A stretch of 64,000 bases of DNA from Escherichia phage RB3. Under the pieces are notes generated by a model, which saw only the letters and a program-made list of their open reading frames with translations, did no database searches and was not told where the DNA came from. The stretch lies in the sequence record KM606994; one strand, written 5' to 3'. Of the stretch, positions 37,050 to 49,500 are shown one piece after another. The translations under genes and the position numbers were made by a program. Positions within the stretch are counted from its first letter, which is position 1. Every line of letters begins with the position of its first letter.

Positions 37050-37235
37050 TTATTCACCTTTAGAAATTTTATCCATAACAATAGCGATTAAACCAATTAA
37101 AAATGCTACTACAAGTGAAAACACATTTTCTGCTGTAGTCAATAATCCGCATATAAATCCAACAAACATTGAAAAACTAAAAGCAGAAGCAGAAATTGCA
37201 ATAGCAACATTTCGAATTAATTCACAGCGTTTCAT
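37050..37235 (-). CDS. Small hydrophobic membrane protein
   Basis: ORF trimmed to the internal Met (MKRCELIRN...) because the upstream part overlaps the promoter; one or two TM helices. Confidence 0.45.
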   Translation of the reverse strand: MKRCELIRNVAIAISASAFSFSMFVGFICGLLTTAENVFSLVVAFLIGLIAIVMDKISKGE

Positions 37236-37248
37236 TTTATTCTCCTCG

Positions 37249-37293
37249 GTAGTTGATAGGGTAATAGTATCACTACTAAAACCCCATGTAAAC
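37249..37293 (-). promoter_or_regulatory. Early promoter cassette (variant)
   Basis: Plus strand gtagttgatagggtaatagtatcactactaaaaccccatgtaaac. Confidence 0.55.
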
Positions 37294-37311
37294 AACTTTG
37301 TGAATTATTTA

Positions 37312-37599
37312 TTACAAAAGATTTTTAGCAATAATCTTGAGATGTGCCGCAGAAATGTGTTTAGCTTTAAACAACGCAGTTTCTTCAGCAGGAGAGATAA
37401 CGATTGTAGCACCATCCTTTTTAGCAGACCACCCATCACCTAGGTAAACAGTACCTTTGATTTCTTCACCATCAACCAGACTAATCATCGGTTTACCTTC
37501 TCGTCCTTTATTTGCTTTAATAACTTCAGAAGTAAGAGTAGCTTCAGTAATAGTAGAAACCGGGGTAGTCGTAGAAGTAAATTCTTTGAAAGTTTTCAT
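37312..37599 (-). CDS. Internal-protein-like protein with capsid-targeting N-terminus (ipI-locus cassette)
   Basis: 95 aa; N-terminal MKTFKEF...ITE; own promoter. Confidence 0.6.
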   Translation of the reverse strand: MKTFKEFTSTTTPVSTITEATLTSEVIKANKGREGKPMISLVDGEEIKGTVYLGDGWSAKKDGATIVISPAEETALFKAKHISAAHLKIIAKNLL

Positions 37600-37625
37600 T
37601 TTATTTTCCTAATTAATTTTGATGA

Positions 37626-37659
37626 GATAATAGTATCATAACTAAAACCCCATGTAAAC
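37626..37659 (-). promoter_or_regulatory. Early promoter inside the repeated cassette
   Basis: Plus strand taatagtatca ... ccccatgtaaacaactttgtgaaattatttt. Confidence 0.55.
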
Positions 37660-37671
37660 AACTTTGTGAAA

Positions 37672-37929
37672 TTATTTTAAATCTTCTAATCGTTTCTTCA
37701 TCTTAGAACCATTTTTAGCGATTTCACCTGCATCGGAGCATAATGCTAAAAGTGCTTTAACTTTCGTTTGGTCTCCTTTAAAAGACGAAGGATCGACTGC
37801 AGCAGCAAGTTCTTTAATACGGGAGAAAAGACGCTCAGCTTCAGCTAAAGCCATTCCAAGCTTTACTTCCATACCGTGAGAAGATTCAGTGATAGTAGTT
37901 TTTGTAGCAAACTCTTTGAAAGTTTTCAT
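37672..37929 (-). CDS. Internal-protein-like protein with capsid-targeting N-terminus (ipI-locus cassette)
   Basis: 85 aa; N-terminal MKTFKEFATKTTITE; own promoter. Confidence 0.6.
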   Translation of the reverse strand: MKTFKEFATKTTITESSHGMEVKLGMALAEAERLFSRIKELAAAVDPSSFKGDQTKVKALLALCSDAGEIAKNGSKMKKRLEDLK

Positions 37930-37949
37930 TTTTATTTTCCTAATTAATT

Positions 37950-37990
37950 TTGATGAGGTAATAGTATCACTACCTCATCAGTATGTAAAC
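37950..37990 (-). promoter_or_regulatory. Early promoter with stem-loop (PeSL-like)
   Basis: Inverted repeat tgatgaggta...tacctcatca encloses the -10; gtaaac -35 on plus strand at 37985-37990. Confidence 0.55.
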
Positions 37991-38002
37991 AACTTTGTGA
38001 AA

Positions 38003-38687
<685 letters not shown>

Positions 38688-38688
<1 letters not shown>

Positions 38689-39413
38689 TATAGTACCTTT
38701 AGTGTATTTTTAATTTTAGAAAAAAGTTCTTCAAGAGAACCATCGTTTGTAATTACTAAATCGCCATCACGAATTGGCAATCCAGCTTCTGTAATATGTG
38801 TATCATTGGATTTTTGACCAGGACGAACTACATGAATTACTGTAGCACCCATCGCCCTAGCCGCATCCATTTCATGATCTTGACGGGTATCAGGAACGAT
38901 ATAATAATCATAACCTGAGTTAAATTTATCAAGATAATCTAAAGCAAATAATTTTACCCAGTACATGCGGTCGAAGTTATTAACAATCAAATCCGTACCT
39001 AGGGCTTGCATCAGACGACGGACTGACCATTGATCTTCAATATTATTTATAACGTCAATAATCTTGTTAAATGCTATGGAATCAACTGATTCTTGTCCTT
39101 CGTCATCAAAAACAAACACACCCTTAATTGGGCTTTTACCATTAAGATAGCAAAATGCTTGTTCCATAATCGTGATTACTTCTAATTTAGTCAGATTTAA
39201 ATTAGTCTCACGATCATAGTCAATTCCTTCAAACTCTTTACGAGTTAAGCAAGGATAGTCAGTGTTTGTTGCAAATACTCCCCATGCATAAGCCAATGCA
39301 TCCTTAATAGGACCAGCAAGTTGATATTTAACTGCAGAATAATTATTCATGATAAAATCTGCAGTAGTATCCTTTCCACTACGTTTTACACCGCTTAAAA
39401 AGATTAGTTTCAT
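38688..39413 (-). CDS. 1: Deoxynucleoside monophosphate kinase gp1
   Basis: 241 aa; P-loop GVKRSGKDT. Confidence 0.9.
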
Positions 39414-39462
39414 GTGTTTCTCCTCAAATTTAGTTAAGATTATAACACATGAAACTGAAGCA

Positions 39463-39993
39463 TTAAACTTCTGCTATAATTTTTCCATCTTTTTCTACTT
39501 GAAAATAGGTGTAAGGAATCGTTGCAGTACATACTAAAGCCGGGTCTGAATCTTCTGTGTAGCTAAATTCTACTTCAGATAGGTCAGAAACCCAAGGCTT
39601 ATAAAAATTTATTGACATCACGATTTCAGTTTTACTATTATCTAAAATGTAAAGCGTAATGTATTCAGGGCCTGTTTTTTGGGCAGTATTTTCACCTGTA
39701 AGATAGTTACTAGTTCCTAACATCCATTCATACATTCCTATCCACGACTTAAGTTCTTCATCAACTATAAATCTCACAATGAGTGGATCATACTCAAATG
39801 TAACACCTGGACGTTGTGCTCGACCCAGGCCAAATGGCCCAGTCACGGTATCAGTAACAGGTATTCTAATTCCTGGAATAGGAACTGACTGAGCATTTAA
39901 AGTAAAAGCAGATGTAGTATTACTGTGTGGTATTGATACTACAAAGTTAGTTGTATTTGCTTGGTTAAAAATTTGTTGCAGAGCTTGCGACAT
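39463..39993 (-). CDS. 3: Tail completion / sheath stabiliser protein gp3
   Basis: Start taken at the internal Met (MSQALQQIFNQ...), giving 176 aa. Confidence 0.8.
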   Translation of the reverse strand: MSQALQQIFNQANTTNFVVSIPHSNTTSAFTLNAQSVPIPGIRIPVTDTVTGPFGLGRAQRPGVTFEYDPLIVRFIVDEELKSWIGMYEWMLGTSNYLTGENTAQKTGPEYITLYILDNSKTEIVMSINFYKPWVSDLSEVEFSYTEDSDPALVCTATIPYTYFQVEKDGKIIAEV

Positions 39994-40099
39994 ATATTCC
40001 TCATAATGCTTTATAATTGTTGATGGTATAATGGGTCTAAGTCCCTTCCATTCAATTCCATTTAGAACAAACAACAGAAAAGAATGGAAGATAATAGAA

Positions 40100-40924
40100 T
40101 TAGATATTTGACCAGACTTTGTTTGCAGAGAAACGTTTTCCTTTTGAAACGAACTGCTGAAGTGGCATCAACACAACGTTCGCCCAGTCTTTCGGGGCGA
40201 TTTCAACAAGGCTACCCATAATATTACCAGGTATATATGCCTTAATCATTTGGTCTGCACCCCTAAATCCTTTCACTTGACTCCAATCAATTTTTAATTT
40301 CGTTTTATTAGTAATAGTAGGTGTATTTGCATATTGCTTTAAAAGCTCTTCTAGAAATTGCTGACGAGCTTTAGGTGGAATATAGTGCAAGTTCAATCCG
40401 TACATTAAGTTATGCTTACCTAAACCAAGATAAATTATCAAAGGAAATTTATCCCAGTAAGGAAGAGTTTCCTTGTGTTTAGCATCATAAGCAAAAGCAT
40501 ATATTCGTCCCGGCTGCGGGCGAACAACTTTATGTCCTTTTACTTGCTTAATAGTTTCAGCAAACCACTTTCTGGTTTTATTATTAATTGCTGCACCTTC
40601 ATTACGAATTTTATCGCGCAATGTTTGTCTGAATGAATTTATCATAAGCAGTTGTCTTTCTTGCTTATTGAGTTTATTCATTGGTTTTGATTCAAGCTTT
40701 TGAATCTTTTCAGCTGTTTTAATTCCTGAAGCATATTTTGACATTGCCGAAGTAAACGTAGAATATTTAATTCCTCTTTCTTCAGCAAATTGCTTTCCTG
40801 TCATTCCTTTTGCTTTGGCCTTTTTGTATTCAAGACCTATCTGAATCCATTTCTTTTCGTTTAATGATTGCTTAACCTTTGGAACTTGGGGAGTGCTTTC
40901 ATTAATTATTTGAAAAATAGCCAT
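40100..40924 (-). CDS. 2: DNA end protector protein gp2
   Basis: 274 aa; position and size as T4 gp2. Confidence 0.8.
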
Positions 40925-41376
40925 TATGCCCCCTTAAAGCCAAGAGCTCGTAATCCATCTTCTGTTAGAATTCTAAATTTTATTCCACGCTTTTCAGCTA
41001 AAGATTGTGCTGCTTTCCATTTATCGGTGTTCACAGACCAGGTATAAATTTCATTCATAAATCTTTTCTTCGCTGCGGTTGTTAGATGTGCTGGTTTAAC
41101 TGGTGGTTGTGTTTCTTTTTTAGGCTTTATTTCAATAAAAAATTCTTGCCCAGAAGAATCTTTCATCCAAATATCCATGAAGTATCTACGTTTTTTCCCT
41201 TCGGCATTACAAAAATAAGGAATTACTGCTGTTTCACTACCCCATGCAATAATTTCTGGATTTTTATCTAACCATTCAAAAAAGAATTTTTCCCAATTTG
41301 ATCTATACGTAATTTTTTTAGGGTCACCTCTATACTTTGATATATTTTTAGGAACCCATTTTCCAGAATATGCCAT
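40924..41376 (-). CDS. 4: Head completion protein gp4
   Basis: 150 aa; position and size as T4 gp4. Confidence 0.8.
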
Positions 41377-41387
41377 TGGATTCTCCT

Positions 41388-41410
41388 TATAAATAGATAA
41401 TATATTTATA
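41388..41410. promoter_or_regulatory. Divergent late promoters: TATAAATA for gene 53 (plus) and gene 4 (minus)
   Basis: Plus-strand tataaata at 41388-41395; minus-strand TATAAATA at 41403-41410. Confidence 0.6.
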
Positions 41411-41423
41411 AACAGGAGGGCCC

Positions 41424-42014
41424 ATGCTCTTTACATTTTTTGATCCGATTGAATATGCGGCCAAAACGGTGAATAAAAACGCGCCGACTATTCCTATGAC
41501 AGATATTTTTAGAAACTATAAAGACTATTTTAAACGCGCTCTTGCGGGATACCGCTTACGTACTTATTATATCAAAGGTTCACCCCGCCCGGAAGAATTA
41601 GCAAATGCTATATATGGAAATCCACAGTTGTATTGGGTTTTATTGATGTGTAATGATAATTATGATCCATATTATGGATGGATTACTTCACAGGAAGCTG
41701 CTTATCAAGCATCTATACAAAAATACAAAAATGTAGGTGGAGACCAAATAGTATATCATGTGAATGAGAATGGTGAAAAATTTTATAATTTAATATCATA
41801 CGATGATAATCCATATGTTTGGTATGATAAAGGCGATAAAGCTAGAAAATATCCTCAATATGAAGGAGCACTTGCTGCGGTCGATACGTATGAAGCGGCT
41901 GTTCTTGAAAATGAAAAACTTCGTCAAATAAAAATAATAGCAAAATCAGACATTAATTCATTTATGAACGACCTTATACGTATAATGGAGAAATCTTATG
42001 GAAATGATAAGTAA
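41424..42014 (+). CDS. 53: Baseplate wedge protein gp53
   Basis: 196 aa; first plus-strand late gene. Confidence 0.85.
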   Translation: MLFTFFDPIEYAAKTVNKNAPTIPMTDIFRNYKDYFKRALAGYRLRTYYIKGSPRPEELANAIYGNPQLYWVLLMCNDNYDPYYGWITSQEAAYQASIQKYKNVGGDQIVYHVNENGEKFYNLISYDDNPYVWYDKGDKARKYPQYEGALAAVDTYEAAVLENEKLRQIKIIAKSDINSFMNDLIRIMEKSYGNDK

Positions 42015-43725
42015 TAACCTTAATTGGTTTGTCGGTGTTGTTGAAGATAGAATGGACCCATTAAAATTAGGTCGTGTTCGTGTTCGTGTGGTTGGTCTGC
42101 ATCCACCTCAAAGAGCACAAGGTGATGTAATGGGTATTCCAACTGAAAAATTACCATGGATGTCAGTTATTCAACCTATAACTTCTGCAGCAATGTCTGG
42201 AATTGGAGGCTCCGTTACTGGTCCGGTAGAAGGAACTAGAGTTTATGGTCATTTTTTAGACAAATGGAAAACTAACGGAATTGTCCTTGGCACGTATGGT
42301 GGGATAGTTCGCGAAAAACCTAATAGACTTGAAGGATTTTCTGACCCAACTGGACAGTATCCTAGACGTCTAGGAAATGATACTAACGTATTAAACCAAG
42401 GCGGAGAAGTAGGATATGATTCGTCTTCTAATATTATCCAAGATAGCAATCTAGACACTGCGATAAATCCCGATGATAGACCGCTATCAGAGATTCCAAC
42501 TGATGATAATCCAAATATGTCAATGGCTGAAATGCTTCGCCGTGATGAAGGATTAAGACTAAAAGTTTATTGGGATACCGAAGGATATCCGACAATTGGT
42601 ATTGGTCATCTTATCATGAAGCAGCCAGTTCGTGATATGGCTCAAATTAATAAAGTTTTATCAAAACAAGTTGGTCGTGAAATTACAGGAAATCCAGGTT
42701 CTATTACAATGGAAGAGGCGACGACTTTATTTGAGCGTGATTTGGCTGATATGCAACGTGACATTAAATCACATTCTAAAGTTGGCCCAGTCTGGCAAGC
42801 TGTCAACCGTTCTCGTCAAATGGCATTAGAAAATATGGCATTTCAGATGGGTGTTGGTGGTGTAGCTAAATTTAACACAATGTTAACTGCTATGTTAGCA
42901 GGAGATTGGGAAAAAGCATATAAAGCTGGTCGTGATTCATTGTGGTATCAACAAACAAAAGGCCGTGCATCCCGTGTTACCATGATTATTCTTACGGGGA
43001 ATTTGGAATCATATGGTGTTGAAGTGAAAACCCCAGCTAGGTCTCTATCAGCAATGGCTGCTACTGTAGCTAAATCTTCTGACCCTGCTGACCCTCCTAT
43101 TCCAAATGACTCGAGAATTTTATTCAAAGAACCAGTTTCTTCATATAAAGGCGAATATCCTTATGTACATACAATGGAAACTGAAAGTGGACATATTCAG
43201 GAATTTGATGATACCCCTGGGCAAGAGCGATACAGATTAGTTCATCCAACTGGAACTTATGAAGAAGTATCACCGTCAGGAAGAAGAACAAGAAAAACTG
43301 TTGATAATTTGTATGATATAACCAACGCTGATGGTAATTTTTTGGTAGCCGGTGATAAAAAGACTAACGTCGGTGGATCAGAAATTTATTACAACATGGA
43401 TAATCGTCTTCACCAGATAGATGGAAGCAGTACAATATTTGTACGTGGCGACGAAACGAAAACTGTTGAAGGTAATGGAACTATCCTAGTTAAAGGTAAT
43501 GTTACTATTGTAGTTGAAGGTAATGCTGACATTACAGTTAAAGGAGATGCTACCACTTTAGTTGAAGGAAATCAAACTAATACAGTAAATGGAAATCTTT
43601 CTTGGAAAGTTGCTGGGACAGTTGATTGGGACGTTGGTGGTGATTGGACAGAAAAAATGGCATCTATGAGTTCTATTTCATCTGGTCAATACACAATTGA
43701 TGGATCGAGGATTGACATTGGCTAA
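41998..43725 (+). CDS. 5: Baseplate hub and tail lysozyme gp5
   Basis: 575 aa; internal lysozyme domain (MLRRDEGLRLKVYWDTEGYPTIGIGHL) and C-terminal beta-helix repeats (VEGNGTILVKGNVTIVVEGNADITVKGD). Confidence 0.95.
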   Translation: MEMISNNLNWFVGVVEDRMDPLKLGRVRVRVVGLHPPQRAQGDVMGIPTEKLPWMSVIQPITSAAMSGIGGSVTGPVEGTRVYGHFLDKWKTNGIVLGTYGGIVREKPNRLEGFSDPTGQYPRRLGNDTNVLNQGGEVGYDSSSNIIQDSNLDTAINPDDRPLSEIPTDDNPNMSMAEMLRRDEGLRLKVYWDTEGYPTIGIGHLIMKQPVRDMAQINKVLSKQVGREITGNPGSITMEEATTLFERDLADMQRDIKSHSKVGPVWQAVNRSRQMALENMAFQMGVGGVAKFNTMLTAMLAGDWEKAYKAGRDSLWYQQTKGRASRVTMIILTGNLESYGVEVKTPARSLSAMAATVAKSSDPADPPIPNDSRILFKEPVSSYKGEYPYVHTMETESGHIQEFDDTPGQERYRLVHPTGTYEEVSPSGRRTRKTVDNLYDITNADGNFLVAGDKKTNVGGSEIYYNMDNRLHQIDGSSTIFVRGDETKTVEGNGTILVKGNVTIVVEGNADITVKGDATTLVEGNQTNTVNGNLSWKVAGTVDWDVGGDWTEKMASMSSISSGQYTIDGSRIDIG

Positions 43726-44254
43726 TATACTTCCAATGAGCGCTGATTTAGGAGAATCCATGGAAGGTTCTTCTATCGACGTCACCTTTACCGCTCAATT
43801 AGAAACGGGTGAAACGTTAGTATCTATAAATATAACTAGTTACGAAGAAACTCCTGGGGTTTTAGTAGAAAAAAATCGCTTATATGGAACATATGAATCT
43901 GTGTTTGGATTTGGAGATGACGCGTTGAAATATCGTTTAGGCGATGAATTTAAAACTGCTGCTTCATGGGAAGAACTTCCTACTGATTCTGATACTCAGT
44001 TGTATTTGTGGAAAGCTCCTCAAAATCTCCAGAAGACATTCACTTACGAAGTAACATTAATATATGACTATCAAGAACAAAGTGAATCTGGGGGTTCTGG
44101 CAGTAATTCTAGGTCATCTTCTGATACTACTGAACCGACAGATCCTCCTGCTCCAGTAAGAAAAACTCTCGTTAAAAATTATACTAAAACTATAGTTGGA
44201 AATTGGAGTCGTTGGGCTAATAAATTGAGAAGCTATGTGTATGAGAGGCCATAA
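43697..44254 (+). CDS. Hypothetical protein at the gp5.1 position
   Basis: 185-aa ORF overlapping the gene 5 end. Confidence 0.6.
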   Translation: MMDRGLTLANILPMSADLGESMEGSSIDVTFTAQLETGETLVSINITSYEETPGVLVEKNRLYGTYESVFGFGDDALKYRLGDEFKTAASWEELPTDSDTQLYLWKAPQNLQKTFTYEVTLIYDYQEQSESGGSGSNSRSSSDTTEPTDPPAPVRKTLVKNYTKTIVGNWSRWANKLRSYVYERP

Positions 44255-44548
44255 ATGTCAGGATTAAGTTATGATAAGTGTGTTACTGCTGGCCATGAAG
44301 CGTGGCCTCCAACAGTTGTGAATGCTACACAAAGTAAAGTATTCACTGGAGGAATTGCTGTTCTAGTAGAAGGCGATCCAATTACAGAACATACAGAAAT
44401 TAAAAAGCCATATGAAACACATGGCGGAGTGACACAACCCAGAACTTCTAAGGTATATGTCACTGGAAAGAAAGCTGTTCAAATGGCTGATCCAATATCA
44501 TGCGGTGATACTGTGGCTCAGGCATCATCTAAAGTATTCATTAAATAG
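44255..44548 (+). CDS. 5.4: PAAR-repeat spike tip protein gp5.4
   Basis: 97 aa; position between 5 and 6. Confidence 0.75.
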   Translation: MSGLSYDKCVTAGHEAWPPTVVNATQSKVFTGGIAVLVEGDPITEHTEIKKPYETHGGVTQPRTSKVYVTGKKAVQMADPISCGDTVAQASSKVFIK

Positions 44549-44556
44549 GATTTAAA

Positions 44557-46539
44557 ATGGCAAATACCCCTGTAAATTATCAATTAACAAGAACAGCAAA
44601 TGCTATTCCCGAGATATTCGTCGGGGGTACGTTTGCTGAAATAAAACAAAACCTCATTGAATGGCTTAATGGCCAAAATGAATTTTTGGATTATGATTTT
44701 GAAGGCTCAAGATTAAACGTTCTGTGTGACCTTTTGGCTTATAATACGCTGTACATTCAACAGTTTGGTAATGCTGCTGTGTATGAAAGCTTTATGCGTA
44801 CTGCTAACTTACGAAGTTCAGTTGTTCAAGCTGCACAAGATAATGGATATTTACCTACTTCAAAATCAGCTGCGCAGACTGAAATTATGCTAACTTGCAC
44901 AGATGCATTGAATAGAAATTACATTACTATTCCTCGCGGTACTCGCTTTTTAGCATATGCAAAGGATACTTCTGTTAATCCTTATAACTTTGTATCTACC
45001 GAAGATGTTATTGCTATTCGTGATAAAAATAACCAATATTTTCCACGATTAAAATTGGCCCAAGGACGTATAGTAAGAACTGAAATCATTTATGATAAAT
45101 TAACACCTATTATCATTTATGATAAAAATATTGATAGAAACCAGGTTAAATTATATGTTGATGGAGCGGAATGGATTAACTGGACGAGAAAGTCAATGGT
45201 TCATGCTGGTTCAACATCAACGATTTATTATATGCGTGAAACTATTGATGGAAACACTGAATTCTATTTTGGTGAAGGTGAAATTTCTGTTAATGCTTCT
45301 GAAGGAGCTTTGACCGCTAATTATATCGGAGGTCTTAAACCTACCCAGAACTCTACGATTGTTATTGAGTACATCAGTACTAACGGTGCAGATGCGAATG
45401 GCGCAGTCGGATTTTCATATGCAGATACATTAACAAATATAACTGTCATCAATATTAATGAAAATCCAAACGATGACCCAGATTTTGTTGGGGCAGATGG
45501 AGGCGGTGATCCAGAAGATATTGAGCGTATTCGCGAATTGGGTACTATTAAACGCGAAACCCAGCAACGCTGCGTAACTGCGACTGACTATGATACATTC
45601 GTTTCAGAGAGATTCGGTTCTATTATTCAGGCAGTTCAAACTTTCACTGATTCTACTAAACCTGGGTATGCATTTATTGCTGCTAAACCTAAATCAGGTC
45701 TGTATTTAACTACTGTACAACGTGAAGATATTAAAAATTATCTCAAAGACTATAATTTAGCTCCTATTACGCCATCAATTATTTCTCCTAATTATCTTTT
45801 TATTAAGACTAATTTAAAAGTCACATATGCTTTAAATAAACTGCAAGAATCCGAGCAGTGGCTTGAAGGTCAAATAATTGATAAAATTGATCGCTATTAT
45901 ACCGAAGATGTAGAAATTTTTAACTCGTCTTTCGCTAAATCTAAGATGTTAACTTATGTAGATGATGCAGATCATTCTATCATTGGCTCATCAGCGACAA
46001 TTCAAATTGTTCGCGAAGTACAAAACTTCTATAAAACGCCTGAAGCAGGTATTAAATACAATAATCAAATAAAAGACCGTTCTATGGAATCTAATACGTT
46101 TTCATTTAATTCTGGACGAAAGGTTGTAAATCCTGATACTGGTTTAGAAGAAGATGTATTATATGACGTTCGCATAGTATCAACAGACCGAAATTCTAAA
46201 GGAATTGGTAAAGTTATTATTGGTCCATTTGCTTCTGGCGATGTTACAGAAAATAAAAACATTCGTCCATATACAGGCAACGATTTTAATAAATTAGCAA
46301 ATTCTAGTGGACGCGACAAATACTATGTTATCGGTGAAATAAATTATCCAGCTGATATGATTTATTGGAATATCGCTAAAATTAATTTAACATCCGATAA
46401 ATTTGAGGTTCAGACTATTGAACTATATTCTGACCCAACCGATGATGTTATCTTTACCCGTGATGGTTCACTGATTGTATTTGAAAATGATTTACGTCCG
46501 CAATACTTAACTATCGATTTGGAGCCTATATCACAATGA
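44557..46539 (+). CDS. 6: Baseplate wedge protein gp6
   Basis: 660 aa. Confidence 0.9.
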   Translation: MANTPVNYQLTRTANAIPEIFVGGTFAEIKQNLIEWLNGQNEFLDYDFEGSRLNVLCDLLAYNTLYIQQFGNAAVYESFMRTANLRSSVVQAAQDNGYLPTSKSAAQTEIMLTCTDALNRNYITIPRGTRFLAYAKDTSVNPYNFVSTEDVIAIRDKNNQYFPRLKLAQGRIVRTEIIYDKLTPIIIYDKNIDRNQVKLYVDGAEWINWTRKSMVHAGSTSTIYYMRETIDGNTEFYFGEGEISVNASEGALTANYIGGLKPTQNSTIVIEYISTNGADANGAVGFSYADTLTNITVININENPNDDPDFVGADGGGDPEDIERIRELGTIKRETQQRCVTATDYDTFVSERFGSIIQAVQTFTDSTKPGYAFIAAKPKSGLYLTTVQREDIKNYLKDYNLAPITPSIISPNYLFIKTNLKVTYALNKLQESEQWLEGQIIDKIDRYYTEDVEIFNSSFAKSKMLTYVDDADHSIIGSSATIQIVREVQNFYKTPEAGIKYNNQIKDRSMESNTFSFNSGRKVVNPDTGLEEDVLYDVRIVSTDRNSKGIGKVIIGPFASGDVTENKNIRPYTGNDFNKLANSSGRDKYYVIGEINYPADMIYWNIAKINLTSDKFEVQTIELYSDPTDDVIFTRDGSLIVFENDLRPQYLTIDLEPISQ

Positions 46540-49500
46540 CAGTAAAAGCACCTTCAGCCACTAGTCTCAGAATTTCCAAGTTATCCGCAAATCAGGTGCA
46601 AGTACGCTGGGATGACGTTGGTGCTAATTTCTACTATTTTGTAGAAATCGCTGAGACAAAAACAGACTCGGGGGAAAATCTCCCGAGCGATCAATATCGT
46701 TGGATTAATTTAGGATATACAGCAAATAATAGTTTCTTTTTTGATGATGCTGATCCACTAACATCATACATCATTAGAGTAGCTACGGCGGCGCAAGATT
46801 TTGAGCAGTCTGATTGGGTTTATACAGAAGAGTTTGAAACTTTTGCTACGAATGCTTACACATTTCAAAACCTGATTGAAATGCAATTAGCCAATAAATT
46901 CATTCAGGAAAAATTTACTCTTAACAATTCTAATTATGTCAATTTTAATAATGACACTATAATAGCTGCATTGATGAATGAATCGTTCCAATTCAGCCCA
47001 TCATATGTTGATGTTTCATCAATAAGTAATTTTATTATTGGTGAAAATGAGTATCATGAAATACAAGGTTCTATTCAGCAAGTATGTAAGGATATTAACC
47101 GTGTTTATTTGATGGAATCAGAAGGGATTCTATATCTTTTTGAGCGTTATCAACCCGTAGTTAAAGTATCTAATGATAAAGGACAAACCTGGAAAGCTGT
47201 GAAGCTCTTCAATGACCGTGTAGGATATCCTTTATCTAAGACAGTATATTACCAATCTGCGAGCACAACATACGTTCTAGGATACGACAAGATTTTCTAT
47301 GGCCGCAAATTTACTGATGTTAGATGGTCAGCTGATGATGTCAGATTTAGTTCGCAGGATATAACATTCGCTAAACTTGGTGATCAACTTCATTTGGGAT
47401 TTGATGTTGAAATCTTTGGTACTTATGCTACATTACCTGCAAATGTGTATCGTATAGCTGAAGCTATTACTTGCACCGATGATTACATTTACGTTGTCGC
47501 CAGAGACAAAGTTAGATACATAAAAACGAGTAATGCACCTATAGATTCTGATCCATTATCTCCAACATATTCGGAAAGACTTTTTGAACCTGATACAATG
47601 ACTATAACCGGAAATCCTAAAGCAGTATGCTATAAAATGGATTCTATCGGTGATAAAGTTTTTGCTCTTATTATTGGTGAAGTTGAAACATTAAATGCTA
47701 ATCCTAGAACATCAAAAATAATTGATTCTGCTGATAAAGGAATATATGTTTTAAATCATGACATGAAAACATGGAAAAGAGTTTTTGGCAACACTGAAGA
47801 AGAAAGAAGACGTATTCAACCTGGATATGCGAATATGTCAACTGATGGTAAATTAGTTTCTCTGTCTTCGAGTAATTTTAAATTTTTAAGTGATAACGTT
47901 GTTAATGACCCTGAAACTGCAGCGAAATATCAGTTAATCGGTGCTGTTAAATATGAATTTCCTCGTGAATGGCTAGCCGATAAGCATTATCATATGATGG
48001 CATTTATAGCAGATGAAAAATCTGATTGGGAAACTTTTACGCTTCAACCGATGAAATATTATGCAGAACCATTCTTTAACTGGTCTAAAAAATCTAACAC
48101 ACGTTGTTGGATAAACAACTCTGACAGAGCTGTAGTAGTTTATGCTGATTTAAAATACACTAAAGTTATAGAAAATATTCCGGAAACATCGCCAGATAGA
48201 TTAGTTCATGAATACTGGGATGATGGTGATTGTACGATAGTAATGCCAAATGTTAAATTCACAGGATTTAAAAAATATGCGTCTGGGATGCTTTTTTATA
48301 AATCTTCTGGTGAAATAATTTCTTACTATGATTTTAACTATCGAGTGAGAGACACGGTTGAAATAATTTGGAAGCCAACTGGAATATTTTTAAAAGCATT
48401 TTTACAAAACCAAGAGCGTGAAACTCCTTGGTCACCAGAAGAAGAGCATGGATTAGCTGACCCTGATTTAAGACCATTGATTGGCACAATGATGCCTGAT
48501 TCTTATTTACTACAAGATTCGAATTTTGAGGCATTTTGCGAAGCATATATTCAGTATCTTTCTGATGGATATGGAACTCAGTATAACAATTTACGAAATT
48601 TAATTCGTAATCAGTATCCACGAGAAGAGCATGCATGGGAATATTTGTGGTCAGAGATATATAAAAGAAACATTTATTTGAACGCGGATAAGCGAGATGC
48701 TGTAGCAAGATTTTTTGAATCACGTAGTTATGATTTTTATTCTACTAAAGGAATTGAAGCATCATACAAATTTCTTTTTAAAGTTCTTTATAATGAAGAA
48801 GTTGAAATTGAAATTGAATCTGGAGCTGGTACTGAATATGATATAATCGTTCAATCTGATTCTTTGACTGAAGATTTAGTAGGACAAACGATTTATACGG
48901 CAACAGGAAGATGTAATGTTACTTATATAGAAAGAAGCTATTCTAATGGTAAATTGCAATGGACCGTAACTATTCATAATCTTTTGGGACGATTAATTGC
49001 TGGTCAAGAAGTTAAAGCAGAAAGACTCCCTAGTTTTGAAGGCGAAATTATTCGTGGAGTTAAAGGAAAGGATTTGCTTCAAAACAATATAGACTATATT
49101 AATAGAAGTAGATCATACTATGTAATGAAAATTAAATCCAATTTACCTTCTTCCCGCTGGAAATCTGACGTTATTCGTTTTGTTCATCCAGTAGGATTTG
49201 GATTTATAGCAATTACCCTTTTAACGATGTTTATTAATGTTGGTTTAACTCTTAAACATACAGAGACTATAATTAATAAATACAAAAACTATAAATGGGA
49301 TTCTGGATTGCCTACTGAATATGCTGATAGAGTAGCTAAATTAACTCCAACCGGTGAAATTGAGTATGATTCAGTAACAGGCGAAGCAATTTATGAGCCT
49401 GGCCCAATGGCTGGTGTAGAATATCCTCTTCCTGATGACTATAATGCTGAAAATAATAATTCAATATTTCAAGGTCAATTGCCGTCTGAACGACGTAAAT

